Assembly (NCBI GenBank): GCA_963725215.1
Contig: CAVRXQ010000003.1
Location: forward strand, 71,352 to 135,351
Reading direction: 5' to 3'
DNA length: 64,000 nt
Source of the DNA: an uncultured Acidimicrobiaceae bacterium
GTDB lineage: Bacteria; Actinomycetota; Acidimicrobiia; Acidimicrobiales; Bog-793
The translations under genes and the position numbers were made by a program. Shown in pieces: positions 1 to 12,600 of the stretch; within the stretch, counting starts at the first letter, position 1; each line of letters starts with the position of its first letter. The notes under the pieces were generated by a model. It saw only the letters and a list, made by a program, of their open reading frames with translations. It was not told the origin of the DNA and made no database searches.

Positions 1-1
1 C

Positions 2-673
2 AACTGGTCGGCGATCAACAACCAGGCGGTGCGGGAGTGCAACGGTGAGCTGTTGTTGTTCATGAACAACGACATCGAGGCGCGAAAGCCCCGCTGGCTC
101 GACGCCCTCGTCTCCCACGCCATCCGCCCCGAGGTCGGCGCCGTCGGGGCGCGCCTTTTGTATCCCGACGGCTCCGTCCAGCACGCCGGTGTCGTGGTCG
201 GCCTCGGCGGCCTCGCGGCGCACGTGATGCGCGGGCTCCCCGGTGACAAACCGGGCTATCTCGGCATGGCGGTCTCGACCCGCAACGCGACCGCGGTCAC
301 CGGAGCCTGCATGATGACGAGGCGCGAGCTGTACGAGTCCCTCGGCGGATTCGACGAGACTCTGCCGGCAAGCTTCAACGACGTCGACTACTGCTTGAAC
401 CTGCGCGACCAGGGCTACCTCGTCGTCTACACGCCGTTGTGCGAGCTTGTCCACCACGAATCCCGCACGAGGGGACACATCGAAGAGGCGATCGCGGTGC
501 GGATGATCCTTGACCGCTGGGGCGAGATGATCGCCGAGGGCGATCCGTACCACAACCCGCTGTTGAGCAAATGGAGAGACTGGTGCCCGATCTCGAACGC
601 ACAGGAGGACGCGAGGTGGGAGACGTACCTCACGACGACGGTGTTGACTCCGCCCAAATCGTCGACCGCATAA
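2..673 (+). CDS. Family-2 glycosyltransferase (GT-A fold); N-terminus lies upstream of the window
   Basis: Frame is open from the window edge (track ORF 29..673). 'LLFMNNDIE', 'LLYPDGSVQHAGVVVG' and 'VTGACMMTRRELYESLGGFDE' resemble GT2 catalytic-region motifs. Confidence 0.8.
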   Translation, partial: NWSAINNQAVRECNGELLLFMNNDIEARKPRWLDALVSHAIRPEVGAVGARLLYPDGSVQHAGVVVGLGGLAAHVMRGLPGDKPGYLGMAVSTRNATAVTGACMMTRRELYESLGGFDETLPASFNDVDYCLNLRDQGYLVVYTPLCELVHHESRTRGHIEEAIAVRMILDRWGEMIAEGDPYHNPLLSKWRDWCPISNAQEDARWETYLTTTVLTPPKSSTA

Positions 674-1092
674 GGGCGGTCGTCGAAGAGGGCCGCGATC
701 GCTACCCCCGCACCTGGACCCCCCAGGCGAGCGTCGAGAGCCTGCCCGGCCACCACAATCGTGAGCCGGCGTTTCTCATCGAAAGCATCGACCACCTCCA
801 TGCCCACTGGGACATGTCCGATGCGCTCACCTTCAAGAGCCGCGGCTGGGGTCCGAAGGGGATCGTCCATCGCCTCTTGTACCGGCTCGTCAACCTCGCG
901 CTGAGCGACTACCTCGGCAAGGAGCACGCGTATCGCGCCGCGCTCGCGCAGTCGATCGACTACATCGCGCGGCGTCTCGACGACGTGTCGTTCCGCGACG
1001 AACGCGACCTCCTCGAAGCGGTCCGCGCCGATCTCTTGGACCTCGCCCGGCATTTGGAAGACCGAATCGATGAGCGCGACGAACAGTCCTGA
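616..1092 (+). CDS. Hypothetical helical protein of the glycosyltransferase cluster
   Basis: Track ORF 571..1092. AGGAGG at 603-608 sits 7 nt before in-frame GTG 616. Sequence ('HLHAHWDMSD', 'GPKGIVHRLLYRLVNL') resembles the N-terminal helical module often fused to polysaccharide-cluster methyl/glycosyltransferases. Start is uncertain. Confidence 0.5.
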   Translation: MGDVPHDDGVDSAQIVDRIRAVVEEGRDRYPRTWTPQASVESLPGHHNREPAFLIESIDHLHAHWDMSDALTFKSRGWGPKGIVHRLLYRLVNLALSDYLGKEHAYRAALAQSIDYIARRLDDVSFRDERDLLEAVRADLLDLARHLEDRIDERDEQS

Positions 1093-2293
1093 GCGCGACA
1101 CCATCACGTCGATCACCCAACGGCCGCGAAAGCGCCGCCCGGCGGTCGCCATCGTCACCCCGTACTGGGCTGACCCGCCGATCGAAGCCGTCGGCGTCAC
1201 CCGCCTCGTCGCCGGCGCGCTCGCCCGCTACGCCGACGTCACCGTCGTCCACCTGACGGACCGCGCCACCGGCCGCTACGCGGACAGCGTCTTCGATGTG
1301 CGGCCGGTCGCTCTTCTCGGCGCACAACCGACACGGGCGCGGCTCTTGCGCGCCGCGATCAGCCCGGAGAACGCGGCGGAAGACGTCCCCCAGGCCGCAC
1401 TGACGCTTCTTCGCGAGTACGACGGCGAGGCACCGGGCGTGTCCGAGGTGCTCGACGAAGTCGACCCGAAGGCGGTCGTCCTAGTCGGCTCGCACCAGCC
1501 CTGGGACCTCGCCCTGCTCGGGCGGCGCGCGAGCGTCGGGCGCGCACGGATCGTCGCCATACCGTTCTGCTCGGATCCGAACCTCCTCCCGGGCGACCTC
1601 GCGCGACTCGTCGATGCCGCCGACGTGATCGGCACGATCCACCCCGACGAACCGATCGCGCTTTCTCGCATCGATCCTGAGCGCGCAAGTGACGTCGTCC
1701 CGCTGGAGCTCGCCTTCTCCTCGAACGTCCATGCCCGATCGGGACCGTTGGCGGGGCTCTCCCGCTTCGGCCGCTACGTGCTGTTGGTGCGCCACTGGCC
1801 GGCCGCCACGCCCCGCGCCCCAAGGCCGGTGACAAGAGAGGTGCTGCGCGAGATCCTCGGCAGGGTCGCCGTCGTCGAGGTCGACGGGATGCGGTGGTGG
1901 GCGTCGAACGCGAGAGACGCGCTGCCACTGCAGGTCAACTACAACCGGGTCAACTTCTCCCGGCTCGTCGCGCACGCCTGCCTCACCGTCGACGTCCGCC
2001 CCCAGGGTCCGGTCGGCCGCCTCACGATCGAGTCGATGCTTTACGGCGTGCCGGTCGTCGTCCCAGACGACACCGCGGCAAAGGCCCACGTCGCCGCAGC
2101 GAACGGCGGCCTTTGGTACCGCGACGTCGGAGAGCTGTTCGACAGCGCGCGGGTGATCGTCCACACGCCCCTCGGCCGGATCCTCGCCCGCCAGGCCGAG
2201 CGTTACGCGCGGGCCAAGCACGGCGACATCGACGCCTTCGTCGCGGCAACCGCCGAGCTCGTCCTCGGCGAAAAGGTCTCCTCGCCGCGCTAA
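1070..2293 (+). CDS. Glycosyltransferase, GT-B fold (GT4/GT1-like)
   Basis: 407-aa ORF. C-terminal 'ESMLYGVPVVVPDDTAAKAHVAAANGGLWY' matches the GT4 nucleotide-sugar binding region. Confidence 0.65.
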   Translation: MSATNSPERDTITSITQRPRKRRPAVAIVTPYWADPPIEAVGVTRLVAGALARYADVTVVHLTDRATGRYADSVFDVRPVALLGAQPTRARLLRAAISPENAAEDVPQAALTLLREYDGEAPGVSEVLDEVDPKAVVLVGSHQPWDLALLGRRASVGRARIVAIPFCSDPNLLPGDLARLVDAADVIGTIHPDEPIALSRIDPERASDVVPLELAFSSNVHARSGPLAGLSRFGRYVLLVRHWPAATPRAPRPVTREVLREILGRVAVVEVDGMRWWASNARDALPLQVNYNRVNFSRLVAHACLTVDVRPQGPVGRLTIESMLYGVPVVVPDDTAAKAHVAAANGGLWYRDVGELFDSARVIVHTPLGRILARQAERYARAKHGDIDAFVAATAELVLGEKVSSPR

Positions 2294-3309
2294 GCGCCGG
2301 GCTTCGAAAGGAGCTCCCCGGCGATCCCGTCCAAGATGTCGTGCTCGGAGTGGACGAGCTCGTCGAAACCGAGCGCCGCCATCACCTCTACGAGGACCGC
2401 CGCCCCGCCGACGATGACGTCGGCGCGGCCGGCCTCGATCGCGCCCCGCGACCTTCTCTGCTCTCCGGTCTCCGAGGCCAAGACCTCCAGCCAGCGCGCG
2501 ACGGCGTCTTTCGACAGCGTCGCGAGGTGAACCTTCTCCGAGTCGTAGCGTTCGAGGCCGAGCTCCAACGCGGCGAGGGTGGAGATCGTCCCCGCGACCC
2601 CGACCATGCGGCGGGGCACCCCGAGCGCCGGGATGCGCACGAGCGCCTCGTCGACCACGCCGCGCACGAAGGCACGCGCGGCCGAGATCTCGGCGGGCTC
2701 GGGAGGATCGTGGGCGAGGAAGCGCTCGGTGACCCGCACGCAGCCGATGTCGAGGGAGACGACGGCGACGGGCGGCTGCTTCGGATCGTCGCCCCCCGCG
2801 ACGAGCTCAGTCGAGCCGCCACCTAGGTCGACGACGAGGTCGGGACCGCCCTCGGGGTCCAGTCCCGAGGTTGCGCCCAAAAAGGCCAGCCGGCCCTCCT
2901 CTGTCCCCTCCAACAGCTCCGGACGCACCCCGAGGATCGCTTCCGCCGGGTCGAAGAACGCGCTCGAGTTCGAGGCGTCCCTCGTTGCCGAAGTCGCCGC
3001 GGCGCGCGCCTGTACGACGCCGAAGCGGTCCATCTGTAGGCGGTAGTGCTCGAGCGCCTCGAGCGTGCGGCCGATCGCCGCCGAGGAGAGCGTGCCGGTC
3101 TTGTCGACGCCCTCTCCGAGACGGGTGATGATCATCTCCCGGTCGAGTTGGGTTCGGTCGGCGGACAGGACGAGAAGGCGGGTCGAGTTCGTCCCACAGT
3201 CCACCGCCGCGACCGGACCGGGCAACTCGCCGGCGAGCTCGTGCGCGACCCACCTGCCGACGGGGTCGCGCCCCCCGCCAAGTACCAGGCGAGGTGGGCA
3301 TGAAGGCAC
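2290..3309 (-). CDS. ppx: Ppx/GppA family exopolyphosphatase; start codon unresolved
   Basis: 'VAAVDCGTNSTRLLV' N-terminal phosphate-1 motif and 'DLGGGSTELV' motif. Conserved position downstream of eno-ftsB-DUF501. The only in-frame starts are GTG 3309 and TTG 3225, and both lie inside the upstream ORF. Confidence 0.85.
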   Translation of the reverse strand: MPSCPPRLVLGGGRDPVGRWVAHELAGELPGPVAAVDCGTNSTRLLVLSADRTQLDREMIITRLGEGVDKTGTLSSAAIGRTLEALEHYRLQMDRFGVVQARAAATSATRDASNSSAFFDPAEAILGVRPELLEGTEEGRLAFLGATSGLDPEGGPDLVVDLGGGSTELVAGGDDPKQPPVAVVSLDIGCVRVTERFLAHDPPEPAEISAARAFVRGVVDEALVRIPALGVPRRMVGVAGTISTLAALELGLERYDSEKVHLATLSKDAVARWLEVLASETGEQRRSRGAIEAGRADVIVGGAAVLVEVMAALGFDELVHSEHDILDGIAGELLSKPGA

Positions 3310-4178
3310 TTCACGCCCCTCGCCGTCCCGCCGACGCCGCCAGATGGCTTCGGGCCAGCATGCCCAATCGGGATCTCGGCGTCGCGAGCTTGCGCGTAGC
3401 GCTCGTGCGCCGCGGCGACCTCGTCTTGGGGGACGGCGTCTTCTGCCCGGCGGACGCCGCCGTCGGACTCCAGCCGACCGACGAGCGACTGTGCCTTCTT
3501 CCCGACGAGCCAGTAGCTCGTCGGCATCGGCGTCCCGTCGTCCAAGAAGGGAGCGTTCTTGATGACGAGGGGCTCGCCCGCCGCGTCGCGCACGACGACG
3601 CGGAATCCCCCAGCCGGCGCCCGCCCGAGCGCCGCCGTGACGAGCGCGCGGTCGGGTTCGCTCGGCACGGCCTCATCTCCGCCTGCCCAGGAAGAGGCCA
3701 GCTGGCGGCGTTCGGCGAGCTCCGAGCGGGCGCTCCACAGCCGCTCCACCTCCCCGCTCAAGGGCAAGAGCGGCCACGCCACCGCGTCGATCTTGACCAG
3801 GCCGGCCTCTTTGTCACCGATCATGCCGACGACGACGGGTCTTGATGCAGGTTCGGAGAGGCGCGACCACGCCCGGACGTCGCTCACCGTGTCGAGATTG
3901 GCGAACGCTCCCGGCAGCGCGACCGCGACCGAGGTCGCGTGGACGCGGTTCGCAAGGTCCACCGCCACCTGGAGCGCCGTCGCGTCGTCCGGTTCCGCCG
4001 CGCCGTCGAGCGCGACGATCACCCCGGCCGGCGAGCGGTCCACCGGTTGGCCCTCTCTGAGAACGAGGACCACCTCGAAGTACCCCGCAGCCTTCGCCGC
4101 TTCGGACGCGCGCTCGAGCCCACGCCAGGGGGTGTGCGCACCTTTCTCCGGAGCGAGCAGTACCGCGACGTCGGACAT
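3132..4178 (-). CDS. DUF501-domain protein with a ~170-aa N-terminal extension; 3' end doubtful
   Basis: C-terminal half ('FLDDGTPMPTSYWLVG', 'GGVGGTARGVKCLHAHLAWYLAGG') is DUF501-like. The last ~45 codons are low-complexity and overlap ppx. Confidence 0.7.
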   Translation of the reverse strand: MSDVAVLLAPEKGAHTPWRGLERASEAAKAAGYFEVVLVLREGQPVDRSPAGVIVALDGAAEPDDATALQVAVDLANRVHATSVAVALPGAFANLDTVSDVRAWSRLSEPASRPVVVGMIGDKEAGLVKIDAVAWPLLPLSGEVERLWSARSELAERRQLASSWAGGDEAVPSEPDRALVTAALGRAPAGGFRVVVRDAAGEPLVIKNAPFLDDGTPMPTSYWLVGKKAQSLVGRLESDGGVRRAEDAVPQDEVAAAHERYAQARDAEIPIGHAGPKPSGGVGGTARGVKCLHAHLAWYLAGGATPSAGGSRTSSPASCPVRSRRWTVGRTRPAFSSCPPTEPNSTGR

Positions 4179-4267
4179 TTGCGCAGGCTACCGGTCGTCT
4201 CGACGTCGTCGCGGCGACGAGATTTTGCCCCTTCGGCGAGCATCGGTCCTGGAAGTAACGTTTTCGG

Positions 4268-5308
4268 GTGCCAGACGCCCGCCCGACGGCGGATCACCCG
4301 CGCCGCGCCGATGCGCGCTTTTCCGCCCCGCGGCGACGCCGGGGCGCGCTCGTCGTCGCGGCCGCGTCGCTCTTCTTCTTCGCGGTGGCGGTGCCCGCCG
4401 GTGCGACGGATTCCACCTCGACGCTGCAGCAGCGGGCGGCAAAGATCTCGGCGCAGATCGCGCAGGACGACGTGACGTTGAACGCGCTCGGCGAGGCGTA
4501 CCTGCAGTTCCGCGGCGAGCAGGCGAGGGCGAACGCCGCAGCAGCCATCGCGGCCGTCGCCGTCCACCGGCTCTCCGGCCTCGTCGTGACGGACCGCCGC
4601 TCGGCCTCCCTCGCCGCCGACGTCGCCTACGTCGAAGCCGGCGCCTCGACCGACCTCGGGGTCTACCTGGCGCAAAAGCCCGACGAGCTCGTGACGAGCG
4701 CGGCCTATCTGAACTCGGCGATCTCGATCCTCAACACCGCAGCCAACCGTTACGTCCACGCCGAGTCGAACTGGAAACAGGCGCTTTTGCGTCAACGACA
4801 GGAGGCGGCGGCGGCCACCGCCGCCCTCGTATCGGCGAACACCGAGCGCGGCGCGGTCGTGGCGACGCTCGTGAAAGAACAGCGGCTCGAAGCGTCGATC
4901 AAGGGTGAGATCGCGCAGCTCGTCGCGCAAGCCCTGGCGAAAAAGCTCGCCGCCGAGCGCGCCGCGGCGGTCGAGGCGGCCGCTGCGAGTGCGGCTGCGG
5001 CGAGTGCGGCCGCAGCCGCCGGTCCACCCGACCCGGCCACGCTCTCGGTCGCCCCGGCGCCGCCGGGGTCGCTATTGAGCAAGTTCGCGGCGCTGCGCAA
5101 TTGCGAGTCCTCGGGCAACTATCAGGACAACACCGGCAACGGTTACTACGGCGCGTACCAGTTCTCGCTTTCGACCTGGGAGGGTCTCGGTGAACGCGGC
5201 CTTCCCTCACAGGCTGCCCCAAGGGTGCAGGACGCCGCCGCCTTCACCTTGTACAGCAGGGACGGCTGGACTCCCTGGCCGGCCTGCTCGGCGATCCTCG
5301 GGCTGTGA
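4268..5308 (+). CDS. Secreted coiled-coil protein with C-terminal Rpf-type transglycosylase-like domain
   Basis: Signal-like N-terminus 'RRRRGALVVAAASLFFFAVAVPAGA', an Ala/Gln-rich coiled-coil middle, and C-terminal 'NCESSGNYQDNTGNGYYGAYQFSLSTWEGLG'. Confidence 0.8.
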   Translation: MPDARPTADHPRRADARFSAPRRRRGALVVAAASLFFFAVAVPAGATDSTSTLQQRAAKISAQIAQDDVTLNALGEAYLQFRGEQARANAAAAIAAVAVHRLSGLVVTDRRSASLAADVAYVEAGASTDLGVYLAQKPDELVTSAAYLNSAISILNTAANRYVHAESNWKQALLRQRQEAAAATAALVSANTERGAVVATLVKEQRLEASIKGEIAQLVAQALAKKLAAERAAAVEAAAASAAAASAAAAAGPPDPATLSVAPAPPGSLLSKFAALRNCESSGNYQDNTGNGYYGAYQFSLSTWEGLGERGLPSQAAPRVQDAAAFTLYSRDGWTPWPACSAILGL

Positions 5309-5313
5309 GAGTC

Positions 5314-8565
<3,252 letters not shown>

Positions 8566-8570
8566 GTTGA

Positions 8571-9608
8571 CTATTTCGCGCCGACGGCGGAGGGGTTCGG
8601 GAGGAGATCGAGCGACGGGCTGTGCGGCGCCTTTACCTCGTAGGTCGCGCCGACCTTCGTCCAGGTTCCATAGCGCGGGTCGACTTCGACGTGCGCCCCC
8701 GACACCGCCGCCGAAAGCGCTCTCGACGCGGCCGCCGTGCCGTCGTGCACGATTGCCGCCGCGGCTTGCGAAAGCGTCGGGGCGCGCCGCCCGGTCACCT
8801 CGAGCAGGATCCAATCGCCCGCGAAATGAATCGGTGCTGTGAGCTCGCCGACTGCCAGCGAGGAGACGATCCCGCCGAGCGGGCTCGTCAGCCCAGACGG
8901 CGTGATGCAGCCGAGCGCACCGCCCCGCGACGAGGAGGCGTCGATCGAGTTCGCCCGCGCCACCACGGCGAAGCTCGCCCCGCCGCGGATCGCCGTCGCT
9001 AGCTGCTGCGCTTTTGATCGCGAGGCGACCTCGATCGCTTCCGTGCAGTCGAGCGCGATCTCACTCGGGTGCCGTTGCGCGTACGCACTGACACCGGCGG
9101 GCGTCAGCACGGCGCCGAGCGAGTGCGCGGCGAGCACGTCCTGGTCGGCCTGCAACGAGACGAGCGCGTCGCGAAAGCGGGGCCCGAGCGTCGCAAGCAC
9201 TTCCGCACCGGACTCGGTGCACGCAGAGCCGCTGGTGGGCGTGAACGACGTCGTGAGCTCGTCGTCGGCGACCTGGCGCGCGAGCGAGCCGACGGCGAGG
9301 TGGTCCCGAGCAGCGACGGCATCGGCCGCTTTCGCCTCGATGAGCAGCGAGAGCGCGCCGGCCGCGAACGACGCGTTGTAGGTCCCGTTCGAGACTCCCG
9401 TCACCGCGTGCGCGTTTCCGGCCGAAGTCTCGAGCAGGCACCGGTAGCCGGAGTCCGAGGCGACCGAGTCGAGGGCGGAGTTAAGGCTCGACTGGGTGAC
9501 GAACGCCCCGTCGACGCGCGCCGCGGTCGGCAGGAACTGCGAGTCGCACGCCGAGAGCGCGATGGCGGCGGCACCGACGAACGCGAGGGGGGCGAGGAAC
9601 GAGCGCAC
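8571..9608 (-). CDS. Lipoprotein with parvulin (PpiC-type) peptidyl-prolyl isomerase domain
   Basis: Lipobox 'AIALSAC' after GTG 9608. C-terminal 'ANSIDASSSRGGALGCITPSGL...GDWILLEVTGRR' is PpiC-like. Confidence 0.7.
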   Translation of the reverse strand: MRSFLAPLAFVGAAAIALSACDSQFLPTAARVDGAFVTQSSLNSALDSVASDSGYRCLLETSAGNAHAVTGVSNGTYNASFAAGALSLLIEAKAADAVAARDHLAVGSLARQVADDELTTSFTPTSGSACTESGAEVLATLGPRFRDALVSLQADQDVLAAHSLGAVLTPAGVSAYAQRHPSEIALDCTEAIEVASRSKAQQLATAIRGGASFAVVARANSIDASSSRGGALGCITPSGLTSPLGGIVSSLAVGELTAPIHFAGDWILLEVTGRRAPTLSQAAAAIVHDGTAAASRALSAAVSGAHVEVDPRYGTWTKVGATYEVKAPHSPSLDLLPNPSAVGAK

Positions 9609-9651
9609 GGGATGGCGAGGATATGGGCGATCGGCGTTCCGGACCACTTCG

Positions 9652-12600
9652 CTAACCGGAGGCCGCGACCTGGTCGTGTTTCGGGACGAGCGCCCGCAAC
9701 AACTGGGCGAGCTCGCTCGGGACGGCCTGGCCGGCGATGAGCGGCACGACGAGGCGCGCCGGGTCGTCGCGGACGAGAGCGCGAGGAGCGAGGCGCTGCA
9801 GGCGGATCTTCGCCGAGGCCGGGAGGTGCACGGGGGAGAGGCGCGCGACGACCTCACCCGCACGTGACGGCCCGGGCGCGCCGATGCGGTGTGGGACGAC
9901 GACGACCTCGCGGATGCCGACCCGCACGCACTCGGCGCGAAGTCGCGCCACGTCGATCAGCGCCTCCGCCTCTTTCGGCAGCGGCCCGAAGCGATCGAGC
10001 CACTCCGCCGAGATGTCGTCGACCTCGGCCTCGTCGCGCACCGAGCCGAGGCGCCGGTAGGCCTCGAGGCGGAGGTCCTCGCGTTCGACGTAAGACGTCG
10101 GCAAATTGGCGTCGATCGGGACGTCGAGACGGACCTCCACCGGTTCTGGGACAACCTCGCCCTTTGCCTCCGCGACGGCCTCTGCGACCATCCTCACGTA
10201 GAGGTCGTAGCCGACCGCGGCGATGTGGCCGGACTGGTCGGTGCCAACGAGGCTCCCCGCGCCACGGATTTCGAGGTCGCGCATCGCGATCTTGAAGCCC
10301 GAGCCCAACTCGGTGTGCTCACCGATCGTGCGCAGGCGCTCGTAGGCCTGTTCGGTGAGCGCCTTGTCGACCGGGTGCAGCAGGTACGCGTAGGCGCGCT
10401 GCGCGGATCGGCCGACCCGGCCGCGCAGCTGGTGCAGCTGGCCGAGTCCCAACAGATCCGCCCGGTCGACGACGAGCGTGTTCACCTGGGGCATGTCGAT
10501 CCCCGACTCGATGATCGTCGTGCAGACCAAGACGTCGTATTCGCCTTCTGAGAAGTCGAGCACGGTCTTTTCGAGCGTCCCTTCGTCCATCTGGCCGTGC
10601 GCGACCGCGATGCGCGCCGCGGGAACGAGCTCGCGCACGTGCGCGGCCACGCGCTCGATGTCCCGCACACGGTTGTGGACGAAGAACACCTGTCCCTCAC
10701 GAAGAAGCTCGCGCCTGATGGCTTCGGCGATCGCGCGGTCGTCCTCCTCGCCGACGTAGGTGAGGATCGGCTGGCGCTCGGCAGGAGGGGTGTCGATGAG
10801 CGAGAGGTCGCGGATCCCCGTCAGCGCCATCTCCAAGGTTCGCGGGATCGGGCTCGCGGTGAGGGTCAGGACGTCGACGCCGATCGAGAGCTTCTTCACC
10901 GCTTCTTTGTGCTGCACCCCGAAGCGCTGTTCCTCGTCGATCACCAACACTCCCAAGCGACGAAACGCGACGTCGTCGCCGAGCAAGCGGTGCGTGCCAA
11001 TTACGACGTCGACCGAGCCGTCCGCGACCTGCGCGATGACTTCAGCCTGTTCTCTCGGGGTCAAAAAGCGCGACAGCATCGCGACGCGTACGGGATAGGG
11101 GGCGAAACGCTCGGAGAAGGTCTCGAAGTGCTGGCGGGCGAGGATCGTCGTCGGCACCAGCACCGCGACCTGGCGCCCGTCCTGGACGGCCTTGAACGCC
11201 GCGCGCAGCGCGACCTCTGTTTTTCCGAAGCCGACGTCACCGCAGACGAGTCGGTCCATCGGAACCGGTCGCTCCATGTCCGCCTTCACGTCGGTGATCG
11301 CGCGCAGCTGGTCCGGGGTCTCCGGGTAGGGGAAGGCTTGCTCGAGTTCGCTCTGCCACGGCGTATCGGACGCGAAGGCGTGACCCTCGCTCGCCAGCCG
11401 GCGGCGGTACAGCTCGATCAGCTCCTCCGCGACGGCGCGCACCGCGTGCCGCGCTCGCGCCCGCTGTCTTTGCCAGTCGTTGCCGGAAAGCCGACTGAGC
11501 GTCGGGCTCTCGCCCCCGGTGTAAGGCGTGATGAAGTCGATCTGGTCCGAGGGAACGTAGACCCGGTCGCCGCCGCGGTATTCGAGCAACAGGTAGTCGC
11601 GGGCCTGGCCGGCGTCGCCACGCGTCACCATGCCGGCGTAGCGAGCGACCCCGTGCACGTAATGCACGACGTAGTCGCCCGGGGCGAGGTCGTCGAAGAA
11701 GCCATCCACCGGTCGGCTGCGCGCCTTCGGGACGCGGTGGGGGCGGTGCCTGCCGGTGAGGTCGCTCTCCGCTAGCACGGCGATCGGGATCTCGTCCATC
11801 ACGAAGCCGCGGTCCAGCGCCGCGACGACGACGTGCACGCCTGTTCGTCGCAGCACCTCGGCGTCGATGCCGTCGGCGCGCTCGAAGTCCCGATCGACCT
11901 CGACTCCGGAGCCCTCGAGGACGTCGGACAGTCGGGCGGCGGCTCCTGCTCCGGAGGCCGCGACGACGACCGAGGCCCTGCGGCGGAGGACCTCGCCGAT
12001 GCGGCGGGCGATCGGTTCCGCGTCGCCGAGCGCGGCGGGCCACCCGCTCACCCGAAGCGTCGTCTGTCCGGGGCTGTCGGGGAGGGAAAGCACCGACGCG
12101 ACGCGCGCCTTTGTGCGGGCAAGCAGCCGCTCGAAGGGCGCATGGAGCCGCGGGATCTCGGCCGACTCCGCGTCGCCGCGCGTCGGGTCCTCGCGCCAGG
12201 TCTCGGCGAGCGACTGCCCGAGCGCGACCTCCTCGTCCAACAGCTCGACGACGCGGTCACGCATGCGCCGCGGTTCCAACAACACGACCCGATCGTCTCC
12301 TTCGAGCAGGTCGCAGAGGATCGTCTCCTCGTCCAAGAACGGCAGGAACGACTCGATGCCGTCGAACACCTCGCCGTCCGCGATGCGGGAGAACTGGGCG
12401 CGGGCAAAGGGTGCGGACAAGGCGAGCTCGGCCACGCGTGAGCGGCGTCGGTCGTCAGCCAGCAATTCCCTGCAGGCGAAGATCTCGACCGAATCGATGT
12501 CGGCGGTGCTGCGCTGGTCGGCGACGTCGAAGCTGCACAGCCGTTCGACCTCGTCACCGTTGCAGTCGATGCGAATTCCGTCGTCGCCCGTCGAGGGGAA

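Noticed and set aside
427-2221. Long antisense ORFs (427..1200, 1359..1928, 1481..2221)
   Set aside because: They are antisense to glycosyltransferase genes that carry clear family motifs. Their translations are Arg/Pro/Gly-rich with no recognisable domains.
4179-4267. ydaO (cyclic-di-AMP) riboswitch upstream of the Rpf-like gene
   Set aside because: The leader is only about 90 nt and lacks the conserved GGGGACCC and GGUGAAUCC-type cores.
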